From: an uncultured virus (IMG/VR IMGVR_UViG_3300047157_000031)
Taxonomy: Duplodnaviria; Heunggongvirae; Uroviricota; Caudoviricetes
Reading direction: 5' to 3' (one strand)
DNA: 64,000 bases
Virus record (IMG/VR): IMGVR_UViG_3300047157_000031
Part shown: positions 18,768 to 28,277 of the stretch, one piece after another
How positions within the stretch are numbered: position 1 is the first letter of the stretch
Layout of the letters: each line of letters begins with the position of its first letter
The notes under the pieces: model-generated
Databases searched by the model: none
Seen by the model: only the letters and a program-made list of their open reading frames with translations
Told to the model about the DNA's origin: nothing
Position numbers and translations under genes: made by a program

Positions 18768-20508
18768 TCCAATCCCTCCCAACTTTATATTCACCATCCA
18801 TAGGACAGCGAAGGTTATAATATTCTCCTGCTTTAATTATACAGTCAACTGCCATTTTACCTACGTTTTCAGAAAGGTCTTCTCTAACTTCCATCTGCCA
18901 TTCATCATGTATGTTAGCTACAAACTTAGCATCAAAGGTATTTAGTTTTATAAGGGAATCAAATAGTGCTAGTCCTTTCTTCATTATGACTGCTCCTCCT
19001 CCCTGTAATAAACTATTCAATGCAGCATGCTCACTCCGTATAAATATCTTTCTACCATCTAACCCTTTAAGGTATCCTTTCTTTGCTGCTCTTGATACTT
19101 TATCTCTAAGAGATTTAAATGATGGGTTATTATCAAAGAAATGTTGCCTAAGTCTTCTACCATCGTTCCTGCTTCCTCTAACCACACTCCCAAGCTTTGC
19201 ATCTCCTGCTCCGTATATAAGTGCATAGATGAATGTCTTTGCCTGATCTCTTGATTCAAGTCCTGCAGCTTTCTGATTAGCGGTGTGTATGTCTCCGTTA
19301 ATAATTTCATTTGTATACTCCTGATCGTCCATATAATGTGCAAGCAATCTAAGTTCTAATCCACTTGCATCTATTCCTACTAAGTTGTAACCATCTTCAA
19401 CAGTCCAACACTCCCTGCACTCTTTACCATATAAACTTTTTAAGCTAGGTACTTGTGCTAAGTTAGGTTTATTGTGTGCCATACGTCCGGTAATTGTACC
19501 ATTGGGTATCACAAAACCATGTACTCGTTCATCAGAACGTAAAGCTTTGACCCAAGAATCAATCTGTGCTATACGTTTCTGCAATGTTAAGTACTCTCCA
19601 ATAAGTTTAGCTTCAGGTATATTAGTTATATTAATTAAGATACTCTCATCTACAATCGGCTGACCTGTTGGTGTAAATCTTTTTGGTTTCCACCCAAACT
19701 CTTGTAGGTATTGTCCAATCTGTTTACGTGATCCAAGATTAAATTCTTGTAGACGTTTACGCATGAACGGATTAACATCCTGTGTACGTATACATCTATC
19801 GTATTCTTCATCAGTTAAACCTCTCTTAGATAACTCACCATCCTTTTTTATATAAGGAGTAACTAACTTATCATCAACCATCTTAGGTTTAAATACCTTA
19901 TGCACCTCATCCTCTGATGACTGCATCTTCTCTCTAAGTTCAGCAAGTAATAGTTCTCCTTTCTTTATGTTAAATTTAAAACCATCCCACTCCTGTTGTC
20001 TCAAAGGTAAGGCTACAGAATGTTCAAGGTCTACACTTTCTTTAGAGAATCCTTTACCTTCTTGTTGTAAGGCTTTGAACACCTTAGTATTTAATTCTAC
20101 ATCCCTGATACAATACTCTAACATCTGCTCGGAGTATTCATCATACTCTTCGAAGTCTATCTTAGGATACCCTAGTTTAAATCCCCATCTCTCTAACCCA
20201 TGACCTCCTTCTCGTATAGGATAAAATAATCTTGAAGTAACTAAAGTATCTATAACTTTTATTCCTCCTTGTTTAAAACTAGTTAGCTTCTCCAACATAG
20301 GAATGTCGAACCCTATAATGTTATGACCAATTAAAGTCTTTGCATTTTGCAAGAGTTCAACACCCTTGTCAAGTTCCCAAGGAGGATAACTGAATACCTC
20401 CTCGGTGTTTACATCTTGAGCAACGATACAATGTATAGTGTCTACACTATCTAAACCAATATCATTATCACCCACTCTGTTTGTTTCTATATCAAATACT
20501 AAATCCAT
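18754..20508 (-). CDS. polA: DNA polymerase family A (3'-5' exonuclease + polymerase), T7 gp5-like
   Basis: FDIETN, GHNIIGFD, DASGLELR (motif A), AKTFIYALIYG (motif B), IHDEWQ (motif C). Confidence 0.95.
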   Translation of the reverse strand: MDLVFDIETNRVGDNDIGLDSVDTIHCIVAQDVNTEEVFSYPPWELDKGVELLQNAKTLIGHNIIGFDIPMLEKLTSFKQGGIKVIDTLVTSRLFYPIREGGHGLERWGFKLGYPKIDFEEYDEYSEQMLEYCIRDVELNTKVFKALQQEGKGFSKESVDLEHSVALPLRQQEWDGFKFNIKKGELLLAELREKMQSSEDEVHKVFKPKMVDDKLVTPYIKKDGELSKRGLTDEEYDRCIRTQDVNPFMRKRLQEFNLGSRKQIGQYLQEFGWKPKRFTPTGQPIVDESILINITNIPEAKLIGEYLTLQKRIAQIDSWVKALRSDERVHGFVIPNGTITGRMAHNKPNLAQVPSLKSLYGKECRECWTVEDGYNLVGIDASGLELRLLAHYMDDQEYTNEIINGDIHTANQKAAGLESRDQAKTFIYALIYGAGDAKLGSVVRGSRNDGRRLRQHFFDNNPSFKSLRDKVSRAAKKGYLKGLDGRKIFIRSEHAALNSLLQGGGAVIMKKGLALFDSLIKLNTFDAKFVANIHDEWQMEVREDLSENVGKMAVDCIIKAGEYYNLRCPMDGEYKVGRDWSETH

Positions 20509-20509
20509 A

Positions 20510-22189
20510 CTATAACTCCAAGGCTGAGAAGTCTGCATCTTCTTCTTCATAAGATTCTTTTTCAAACTCCTGCAGCCTGCCTGTTTCTCTATCATATAAT
20601 AAATGAGTTGCCATACCTACATCACCTGTGTATCTAGATTTAAGTACCCTAACTCTAGTTGTATTAGATTCATTTATATCATCTGATTGTTGATTCCTTT
20701 CCAAGGCTATCACACAATCACTCAATTGGGCTATTGACTGACTACCTCTAAGATGACTAAGGCTTACTTCGATTCCATTCTCATGCCCTTTATCACCACT
20801 CGCTCTACGTAAGTGAGAAACTAGAACTAATCCTGCTCCTGTTTCTTCTACTATACTTCTAAGCCTAGTCATTATATTATCAATAGCCCTACGTTCATCT
20901 CCTTCAGATACTGCTGATACTAACATGTGTAAGTGATCAACCACTACCCATTTACATTCACATGCTATGATCATAAATCTTAGCTTAGTAAATATCTCAT
21001 CAATATCATTCGTACCAAAGTGAGCATGAACCCATACTCTATTTTTATTCTCGCCATCATATAGTAGATCAAAGAATTTGTCAAGTTCTTCTTCAGAAAA
21101 TTTCTCTCTCTCTTGATCTATATACAATCTTGCATTAGCTTCTATTGAAAGTATACCATCAATGGTTCTTCTCCAATCTTCTTCCAATGCAATCACTCCT
21201 ACGTTATCCGTAGTATTCTTTATAAGATGATGCTCAAGTTCTCTAGTTACTGAAGACTTGCCTAGTCCTGTGCCACCGGTTAAAGTAACCAACTCACCTT
21301 GCCTTAAACCATATAGTTTCTTATTCAATCCTTCCCAAGGATAAGGCACACTATCCTTAACCGGTCTATTGAAGAACTTCTTCTTCTCTTCAGAGACATT
21401 TATCACACCACTAGGAGTATAGGTCTTAGCACTCCACCATGCTTCCATAAAGTCCTTATGCTTGTTAGCTATCAACATATCGTTGGCATCTTTAAAGCCA
21501 TTCGGAAGAGTCATAATCTTAGCTTTACTGGGTTGGAATAACCTAGCAACTTTCTTAGCTGCCTCCGTACCACTCTTATCTTTATCAAAACAAATGATTA
21601 TATTCTCAAAACTTTCTAAGAACTCAAGGCTATCTTTGATGTCACGCTCTGCTCCTGCAGCACCACGCTTGATTGATACTGCAGCCCACTTACTGCCCAT
21701 CAATTCATACGTTGCCATCGCATCACACTCACCTTCGGTTATAGTAATATACTTACCACCTTTATTGAATAGCTGTTCACCAAACAAAGCAGTCTCATCA
21801 AATGATCCTTTCAGGAAAAAGTCTTTGTTCTCAACCTTTCTAGTTTTAGTTGCAGCTAACTCATGCCCATTGTAATATGGATAGTGATGTTCAATAGGTT
21901 TACCATCAGCACCATGTACAACTTTAACTCCATACTTCTTAGCAGTCTCCTCAGATATTCTTCGATCTGTTAAAGCTGCGTATGAACCTTCTGAATTTAC
22001 AGACTGCATTGGTTTAACTTTGCGTTCTACGACAGGCTGTGTAATATTAGATACATTTGATTCCTGATTAGGGGCAGGATGAAATGCATTACAAGTTGCA
22101 TAGAAACATTTACTTGAGCCATCTGCATTTACGGATAAATGATTCTTGCCACAAGATGGACACTTAGCATTGTGTTGTATAAAAGCCAT
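20510..22189 (-). CDS. DNA primase-helicase (T7 gp4-like)
   Basis: Zn finger CPSC..CFYATC, TOPRIM TEGECDAM and CFDKD, Walker A GGTGLGKS, DHL, LRGSQSIAQLSD. Confidence 0.95.
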   Translation of the reverse strand: MAFIQHNAKCPSCGKNHLSVNADGSSKCFYATCNAFHPAPNQESNVSNITQPVVERKVKPMQSVNSEGSYAALTDRRISEETAKKYGVKVVHGADGKPIEHHYPYYNGHELAATKTRKVENKDFFLKGSFDETALFGEQLFNKGGKYITITEGECDAMATYELMGSKWAAVSIKRGAAGAERDIKDSLEFLESFENIIICFDKDKSGTEAAKKVARLFQPSKAKIMTLPNGFKDANDMLIANKHKDFMEAWWSAKTYTPSGVINVSEEKKKFFNRPVKDSVPYPWEGLNKKLYGLRQGELVTLTGGTGLGKSSVTRELEHHLIKNTTDNVGVIALEEDWRRTIDGILSIEANARLYIDQEREKFSEEELDKFFDLLYDGENKNRVWVHAHFGTNDIDEIFTKLRFMIIACECKWVVVDHLHMLVSAVSEGDERRAIDNIMTRLRSIVEETGAGLVLVSHLRRASGDKGHENGIEVSLSHLRGSQSIAQLSDCVIALERNQQSDDINESNTTRVRVLKSRYTGDVGMATHLLYDRETGRLQEFEKESYEEEDADFSALEL

Positions 22190-22222
22190 ATAATTTCCCT
22201 CACGTTATTATTTAAAACTGGA

Positions 22223-22251
22223 TGCTAGTTTTGTCAAGGTCTAGCAACTTG
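22223..22251 (-). ncRNA. Compact H-type pseudoknot candidate 3
   Basis: RNA CAAG-UUGCUAGAC-CUUG-ACAAAA-CUAGCA: stem CAAG/CUUG, and loop UGCUAG pairs with tail CUAGCA. Confidence 0.45.
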
Positions 22252-22260
22252 TTAGGCACA

Positions 22261-22542
22261 CTAGTCCGAATCGTCAGACTCAGATAGTTCTTCTTCAACT
22301 ACTTCAGCATCAGCTACTGCGTTTGCTTTTCGTTGACCTTCTCCATTAACGATCTCAACAATCTTATCAGAGAAAAAGTTTATACCCGCTTGCAACTCTT
22401 CCAAGTCCAAGGTTAGGTTTGCTTTCTTCTGATTCAATCGTTGCAGTCTCCCGAAGATTCCTTGTCCTTCTTCAGGCAAGTCCTCCACGTTAATCTGTAC
22501 ATCATCAATAGTTATAAAAGGTTTTATCTCTTCTTCTGTCAT
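22261..22542 (-). CDS. Hypothetical acidic coiled-coil protein
   Basis: ORF between SSB and primase-helicase. Confidence 0.6.
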   Translation of the reverse strand: MTEEEIKPFITIDDVQINVEDLPEEGQGIFGRLQRLNQKKANLTLDLEELQAGINFFSDKIVEIVNGEGQRKANAVADAEVVEEELSESDDSD

Positions 22543-22544
22543 AC

Positions 22545-23105
22545 TTAAAACTCCTCTACTTCTGCCATACTTACTGCGGAAAATCCTACATCAGCATTGT
22601 ATTCTTGTAGTTGTACTACTTGAAGTCCTGCTAAATCCAAACCTTTAAAATTTCCAAAGGTAGGATGTGTAGTTTCCCACTCCTTATACATAACAATAAC
22701 ATCTGAACCATTACCAATAGCAAGATCAATGTTGTTATTGTCCTTATCCTTAAGTTGGGGTACATCATTATCTGTTTCCTCCATGATCCACTTACCTGTT
22801 TCATCAGTAACATTATTACCTTCTGCATCCTTCTTAGGTCTTTTGATTCTAGCTTTTCTTTTAAAGAATAGAAACTTCTCGTTGCTTTCCTTATCAGTCT
22901 TAACTGAATGTTTAAATCCTCTATCTTCAAAGCCTGCAATGATGCTATCAGAATCAGAATTAATTACCTCGCCAAAGTTATTAACTACAATAGGATTGTA
23001 GATAGATGCTTGAAAGGTAGGTTCGAAAGTAGTATTAGGTGTCAACACACTAGCCCACTTTACTTCTCCACGCATAAATTGCGTACCTTTTTTTATATCA
23101 CTCAT
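22545..23105 (-). CDS. Single-stranded DNA-binding protein (T7 gp2.5-like)
   Basis: GEVKWASV..PNTTFEP, IGNGSDV, GLQVVQL, acidic tail ending in F. Confidence 0.8.
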   Translation of the reverse strand: MSDIKKGTQFMRGEVKWASVLTPNTTFEPTFQASIYNPIVVNNFGEVINSDSDSIIAGFEDRGFKHSVKTDKESNEKFLFFKRKARIKRPKKDAEGNNVTDETGKWIMEETDNDVPQLKDKDNNNIDLAIGNGSDVIVMYKEWETTHPTFGNFKGLDLAGLQVVQLQEYNADVGFSAVSMAEVEEF

Positions 23106-23139
23106 ATTTTTGTTTCCTCCATTATGTGATTGTGTATAT

Positions 23140-23168
23140 AATATACCATAGTTTTAATTAAAAGTCAA
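23140..23168 (-). promoter_or_regulatory. sigma70 promoter for the SSB/replication operon
   Basis: TTGACT, 17 nt ending TGG, TATATT on the minus strand. Confidence 0.65.
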
Positions 23169-23280
23169 GGGTTTTTAACTGAGCCTTCAGAACCCTATAA
23201 CTGACCTGCCCATATAGGTAGGCAGACACGTAGCCATTGTGATATAGTGAGGGCTAGATCGGCTGACGTGTAGCTCATGT

Positions 23281-23493
23281 TTATATTCCCCTCAAGTATT
23301 GTTTATAAATGTAACCAATAAATATTTCTAAAGATTGGTTGTCCATAAATTTTAAAATGTAATCATCACCTAATAATCTTAACTCATGTCCTAACTTCAT
23401 CTCATACATATCACTAAGTATATTGTAGTCTGAACCTAGTTCTAGGTATTGATCTCTATTTAATTTTATCTCTCTGTCATTTAACTTTATCAT
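23281..23493 (-). CDS. Hypothetical protein
   Basis: ATG with GAGGA SD; upstream TTGACT-16-TATAGT (23503-23530). Confidence 0.5.
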   Translation of the reverse strand: MIKLNDREIKLNRDQYLELGSDYNILSDMYEMKLGHELRLLGDDYILKFMDNQSLEIFIGYIYKQYLRGI

Positions 23494-23686
23494 TATATCC
23501 TCACTATACACTAATTAAAATAAAAGTCAAGTTCTTTTTTTAATTAGTTTTAATTTTTTTCTCCATTTACTTTTCTTGTAAACCTCCATAGTACCATCTG
23601 CATATCTTACTTCTAACACTCCATGATTAGCATGAAGAGATGAGATAGTATCTTTATTAACTTGATCTGCATACATCTTATGTACA

Positions 23687-24182
23687 TCATACTCTGTCAT
23701 GTGACCACCACTTAGGTTGCTCTCTACCCTTTTCCCATTTTGCATAATGTTTCTCATTGACTACATACTTTCGGTAGGCTTTGATCGGATCAGAATTTTT
23801 ATACTCATCTGGCATAGCCTGTGCTAGTGGTGTCATAGCATTTAGTTTTATATTGTTAGGTGTAGCATACAAAGGTAAAGCTAGTTTAGATATGCTTGCA
23901 TGAATCTTACCATATCTAAATTTATATTCAGCACCTAGTGCAAGAAAATGTTGGTATAACCACTTATAATTTTCACTAGATTCTCTAGCCCATATCGTAC
24001 AAGGATGATTCCAGTATGCTCGTTTGTATAAGTCCATTAGCATCTGCATACTCATCACCATCTAGTTCTCTATGAGCAGTACATAACATCTGTGCTGTCT
24101 CTAATGGCATCTTCACTAGCATCTTATCTGGCTGTGCTTGTGCTGATTCAATTGGACAATCATTAAAATAAAATATATTCAT
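23687..24182 (-). CDS. Pyrimidine-dimer DNA glycosylase (DenV)-like protein, split by one apparent frameshift
   Basis: MNIFY..DKMLVKMPLETAQML and NHPCTIWARES..NY.WL...P.AMPD.YK in two overlapping frames. Confidence 0.7.
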
Positions 24183-24703
24183 AGTGTAGATTCCTCAAGT
24201 TCTAGTTCAAGTGTTCTTAGTTCTTCTTCAAACACAGTTTCACAATCATAGAACGCACTCTCTAAATTGTGTTGTGCTTCTCGTACATATTCTAACATAG
24301 ATTCCATGTCGCTGTCAAGTGCTGCATCAAACTCTGCTATGCTACTTAGCTTACACATAATCTCTACTATAGGATAGCTTAGTCCTTTAGCTTCTTTCGT
24401 AACTTCTTTTGCTTCTCGTAAAGCTTCCTCAACTTTATCTATATTGTTTTGTATAGCATCTGTGCTTCTAAATTTATACCAATCTTTTACTGCATTAAAA
24501 CTAAATCGTCTATAGTTCTCCTCATCTTTCGTAGTATCTATTCCTTCAAAGCCTTCGAAGTCTCCATAGAATGATAATGGTTTTATATATCTCATAACTC
24601 CATTATCTTTGTATGTAAATTTAACTACACCTTTTTTCTTGATAGCTTCAATAACATCTAGTGTTGCTTGTGATACGTCAATCATCTTTAATGTCCTCAT
24701 CAT
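24179..24703 (-). CDS. Protein with a WYL-like N-terminal domain and an acidic helical C-terminus
   Basis: VVKFTYKD..RYIKP...YRRFSF pattern. Confidence 0.45.
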   Translation of the reverse strand: MMRTLKMIDVSQATLDVIEAIKKKGVVKFTYKDNGVMRYIKPLSFYGDFEGFEGIDTTKDEENYRRFSFNAVKDWYKFRSTDAIQNNIDKVEEALREAKEVTKEAKGLSYPIVEIMCKLSSIAEFDAALDSDMESMLEYVREAQHNLESAFYDCETVFEEELRTLELELEESTL

Positions 24704-24799
24704 CTAGCCCATCCAAGATAAGTCTTTCATCCAACCATTTTTTATTCATGCCATCTCTAAATAATTTATCTTTAAATAATTTTTCTAGTTTTTTAGTTT

Positions 24800-24949
24800 T
24801 CATTTTCCTTGCCCTCTATATTTTTTGTAGGTTTGTTTCTTTCTCTTCGGCATTGTTGAAGTACCTACATTCCTTCGACCTTGCCAAGTTCTCTTACCTC
24901 TTACACCTGTCTTTGATGTATGAGATATGTTCTGTGTTGCACTCCTCAT
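24800..24949 (-). CDS. Small basic protein (not in ORF track)
   Basis: MRSATQNISHTSKTGVRGKRTWQGRRNVGTSTMPKRKKQTYKKYRGQGK. Confidence 0.55.
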   Translation of the reverse strand: MRSATQNISHTSKTGVRGKRTWQGRRNVGTSTMPKRKKQTYKKYRGQGK

Positions 24950-25087
24950 GTATATAATTCTCTCATACTAGAGACATAACTAGCTGCAAACAAATCCCAG
25001 ATAAGGCTCTGTAAAGTCTATTTAGTTGTGCTATCTCTAGTCCTTCTTCGTACCATCTCTCTTCTTGTTCTTGTTGTATTAAGTTAC

Positions 25088-25330
25088 TCATTTATTCCTC
25101 CTTACTTTGTATATGCCTGTTACCTTTTGTTTCTTAGGATGTTCAGACAACATAACTGATTCCCATATTTCTTTTTGAATTCTAACAGATTGTTTCTTAT
25201 CTGTCAAGCCCTGTATCTTTACGTTATTTAATTTAGGTTTCCAAGTCTTGTGATATTGTTTTACTTGATCACTCCAATACCACTCAACCATCGTACCATT
25301 ATCATCATACTCGAAGATAGGTTTATACAC
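25088..25330 (-). CDS. Hypothetical early protein
   Basis: ORF with a GTG start coupled to the upstream gene. Confidence 0.5.
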   Translation of the reverse strand: MYKPIFEYDDNGTMVEWYWSDQVKQYHKTWKPKLNNVKIQGLTDKKQSVRIQKEIWESVMLSEHPKKQKVTGIYKVRRNK

Positions 25331-25593
25331 TAGCCCTCCCTTAAAGACTCAATCATATCTTTCAAACTTTCGATCTCAGATTTTAAATCTTCAATCTCAC
25401 ATTCAAGATTGTTTTGAATATCATCTGCATGTTGTATTGCATAGTCATGATTGCGATCTATGTTTACTTCAGCCTCATGTATACTGTTTTGTATATCATG
25501 AATCGGATCAGAATATTCAATCACTTCTTCAATAAAATCCCCCAATCCTTTAATCATAACATGCTCAGTAGCTGTTTTTTCGTGTCTATTCAT
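25330..25593 (-). CDS. Hypothetical coiled-coil early protein
   Basis: ATG with GGAGG SD. Confidence 0.55.
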   Translation of the reverse strand: MNRHEKTATEHVMIKGLGDFIEEVIEYSDPIHDIQNSIHEAEVNIDRNHDYAIQHADDIQNNLECEIEDLKSEIESLKDMIESLREG

Positions 25594-25707
25594 ATAGCCC
25601 TCCTATTTATTTTTATATTAGTATTATAAGTTATATTTATAATAGATATATATTATAAATAATATTTATATTAATAAATATATTTATATATTATATAATA
25701 TAATATC

Positions 25708-25736
25708 ATTATAACATATGTCTTTCCAAAAGTCAA
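25708..25736 (-). promoter_or_regulatory. sigma70 promoter directed into an AT-rich tract
   Basis: TTGACT, 17 nt ending TGT, TATAAT. Confidence 0.7.
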
Positions 25737-25737
25737 G

Positions 25738-25767
25738 TGCTAGTTTTTACAAGGAACTAGCAAACCT
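25738..25767 (-). ncRNA. Compact H-type pseudoknot candidate 2
   Basis: RNA AAGG-UUUGCUAGUU-CCUU-GUAAAA-ACUAGCA, a few nt after the DUF932 stop codon. Confidence 0.45.
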
Positions 25768-25773
25768 TCCCCA

Positions 25774-26712
25774 CTATGCTGCTAAAGTCAACAGATTTTT
25801 AGATGCCTGTCTAACTTTATCCTGCCTAGCAACCTGTATCGCAGCAATATTTTTCTGTGCTGTAGATTTAGTTGCACTAGCATGCGTAGCCCAATGAGTC
25901 ATTGTGTTGTATATAGCCCATGCTGTGCTACCCAACGCTTTCCTCTCATCGTTAGTGTACTGTGTCCATAGATTCATAAGAGTTCTATTCCTATAAACTT
26001 CAGGCTCAAGCAGTAAACTCTCTACTGTGCTAGTCATAGCCTTAACAGGTGTAACAAACTTACAGCCTGCTACATCAGCAAAAGTCTTAAACGCTTGATT
26101 GTCTGTAACAGATGTATTCTGCCATCTAATCCACCTTTCCGACTCATTCTGATATACATCAATAGCCTTTGACAACTTCCTAGCCGCGTGATCCATGTTC
26201 AATCCTGCAGTATGTCTTGCTTTAAACATTGCAAAGCTGTCTAGAAATACTTGCCCATTTAGACATATCATTCTAACCGCACCTACTTCTACATGGAAAC
26301 ACCATGAGCCATCAAAACTATTCCTAGTTGAGATTTGCAATGCTGTCTCTTCCTTGCCTTGCCCTGCTGAATGAGCAGGTAAAGTGTAGACTGCATACGC
26401 TCTCGCACCATCATGACTCACTTGTATATCTCTAGAAATTCCTGTCGTATCTAGATCAGAACCTGCAATGATTCTCTCTACAGTTCTAAATGCATCGGGA
26501 TGTTGTGCAACCTCATAACTCTGCCCAACTATTCCTACTGGCTCATGGTTATCATCTCTAACTAGTACCTTTTTATTTGGCACAAAACGAACCTCAGCAT
26601 TATCATCTGTAAATTTAACTGCTCTAGTGTAAACATTAAAACCTGCCTCACCATAATCACCTAGATCATTTAAAACATCATACGTTTTATTAATTGCTAT
26701 TACATTACTCAT
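25774..26712 (-). CDS. DUF932-family protein
   Basis: VGIVGQSYEVAQH, RNSFDGS, RMICLNG, RHT, TAWAIYN..THWATH. Confidence 0.8.
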   Translation of the reverse strand: MSNVIAINKTYDVLNDLGDYGEAGFNVYTRAVKFTDDNAEVRFVPNKKVLVRDDNHEPVGIVGQSYEVAQHPDAFRTVERIIAGSDLDTTGISRDIQVSHDGARAYAVYTLPAHSAGQGKEETALQISTRNSFDGSWCFHVEVGAVRMICLNGQVFLDSFAMFKARHTAGLNMDHAARKLSKAIDVYQNESERWIRWQNTSVTDNQAFKTFADVAGCKFVTPVKAMTSTVESLLLEPEVYRNRTLMNLWTQYTNDERKALGSTAWAIYNTMTHWATHASATKSTAQKNIAAIQVARQDKVRQASKNLLTLAA

Positions 26713-26837
26713 TATTTTTTCTCCTCATTTTTATTATTATTATTTTTGCTAACATCTTCTGCTAACTCCTTCCAATTTATATTATCGTCTTCGAAAAGTA
26801 TATTATCAAAGTCTTCAAATAAATCTCTACCATTCAT
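26712..26837 (-). CDS. Small acidic early protein (41 aa, not in ORF track)
   Basis: MNGRDLFEDFDNILFEDDNINWKELAEDVSK...; AGGAG SD; TAATG coupling to DUF932. Confidence 0.5.
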   Translation of the reverse strand: MNGRDLFEDFDNILFEDDNINWKELAEDVSKNNNNKNEEKK

Positions 26838-26863
26838 ATTTTTCTCCTATATAATTTTAAGTG

Positions 26864-26897
26864 TGTGAATTAAATCACATCTAATTTTAAATGTCAA
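26864..26897 (-). promoter_or_regulatory. sigma70 promoter whose -10 box lies inside a TGTGA-N6-TCACA palindrome
   Basis: TTGACA, 17 nt, TTTAAT; palindrome at 26864-26879. Confidence 0.55.
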
Positions 26898-26905
26898 TCT
26901 TTTTT

Positions 26906-27184
26906 TTATTTAATTTTATTTAGCACCTCCGATTTTAATCTTATTATCTCTTCATTCAAAAGTCTTATAACTTTTTCATACCTTTCATTTTCTTCTACTA
27001 TTTTAGAGTGTGCAGCCCTATATAAATTGCCATAATCCATAAAGGTTAGTAAGCCACTAACAGCACCACCCATAAACGCACAAACACCCAGTATAAAACT
27101 AAACCATGTAGTATCTATTGCAGCCAATCCTATAATAGATATTACACCTAAAAATATAAACATAAATATGCCAACTATTCTCAT
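26906..27184 (-). CDS. Membrane protein (2 TM + coiled coil)
   Basis: Two hydrophobic segments at the N-terminus. Confidence 0.6.
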   Translation of the reverse strand: MRIVGIFMFIFLGVISIIGLAAIDTTWFSFILGVCAFMGGAVSGLLTFMDYGNLYRAAHSKIVEENERYEKVIRLLNEEIIRLKSEVLNKIK

Positions 27185-27454
27185 TTATTTTTCCTCCTCA
27201 TCTCTAATCTTTTCAAAGAACCATACATTAAATTCATCTCTAACAGTATTTAAATATCCATACCTGCCGCCAACATCCCACGCGGGTACATCTGTATAAT
27301 ATCCTGCTAAATCTTCAATATCATCTTGTATTTTTAAAGATATTTTTTCGTAGTCCCTATCTAAAATTAACTCAGGCTGTTTTAGAACTCTAACATTCCA
27401 CCCATTTAATTTACTAACATAATCATCTAAATATTTTAAGTCATCACTAATCAT
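27185..27454 (-). CDS. Hypothetical early protein
   Basis: ATG with GGAGG SD. Confidence 0.55.
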   Translation of the reverse strand: MISDDLKYLDDYVSKLNGWNVRVLKQPELILDRDYEKISLKIQDDIEDLAGYYTDVPAWDVGGRYGYLNTVRDEFNVWFFEKIRDEEEK

Positions 27455-27560
27455 TTTTTTGATCCTCCATTATTTGTTTTAACATCGTCACACATTCGCC
27501 ACAATATGTACCTTCAACGTAGGTTGTTTTTCTACACCAATTACAATTGTATTTTTCCAT
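27447..27560 (-). CDS. Small Zn-finger protein (37 aa, not in ORF track)
   Basis: MEKYNCNWCRKTTYVEGTYCGECVTML...; AGGAG SD. Confidence 0.5.
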   Translation of the reverse strand: MEKYNCNWCRKTTYVEGTYCGECVTMLKQIMEDQKND

Positions 27561-27602
27561 ATTTTCTCCTATATTATTTTATATATTGTATTAGATACTA
27601 TT

Positions 27603-28277
27603 TTACGCTACTTGTAAAGCACTAATTAAATTATTTTCTCTCAGTACCTTTTTCATCCTCTGCCCATGTGCAACGTAAGCCACTACCGGAACATCTTTAT
27701 TCCAACAACTGCGACACGTTCCACATTTGCCATCGTTCAAGTATGCCTTGCAAATCTCCGCAACTGTAGGTGTATCATCATAAGGAATTATAGTTGATGT
27801 ATTTACACCATCTATAATTTCACCATTCACGCCATCACTAGAGAGCCTTACAACAACATTATCGAGCTTGTTTAGTTCCTCAATAACCTTTTTAAACTTC
27901 TTGAACTTGTGCATTCTTGTAGGTATCCAATGCCTCGTCCATGGTGTAGCCCTGCAAATTTCTAGAATCTTTTTAGCTAGTCGTAGGTCGTACATATCAC
28001 CACTATCGAACCATCTGAAATACCTGTCGTTGTCCAGTTCAGCTATCATATCATCAACCCATTCCGCACGTTGCCAGTCTTCTTTATTGTGCAATCTAGG
28101 GGCTTTTACATTCGGAAAAAGATAGTTTCCGGTAGTTGCATAGCATCCCTTACATGCATCGACTAACTCACCATCCGAGCCAATCGAAGCGGGGCAAGTG
28201 TCAATTGCTTGAAGACTCCAACTTCTGCAGGGCATTTTGCCCGCCTTACTTAATTTAATCATCTTTATAACTCCCAT
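27603..28277 (-). CDS. GP88-like Cys-rich phage protein
   Basis: KMPCRSWSL, CP, ACKGCYA, YFRWFDSGD, CGTCRSCW. Confidence 0.7.
   Translation of the reverse strand: MGVIKMIKLSKAGKMPCRSWSLQAIDTCPASIGSDGELVDACKGCYATTGNYLFPNVKAPRLHNKEDWQRAEWVDDMIAELDNDRYFRWFDSGDMYDLRLAKKILEICRATPWTRHWIPTRMHKFKKFKKVIEELNKLDNVVVRLSSDGVNGEIIDGVNTSTIIPYDDTPTVAEICKAYLNDGKCGTCRSCWNKDVPVVAYVAHGQRMKKVLRENNLISALQVA

Noticed and set aside
22223..25767. Calling the small pseudoknots preQ1-I riboswitches
   Set aside because: The overall shape is similar, but no queuosine genes are nearby, the elements follow stop codons, and the ligand-binding nucleotides cannot be confirmed by eye.
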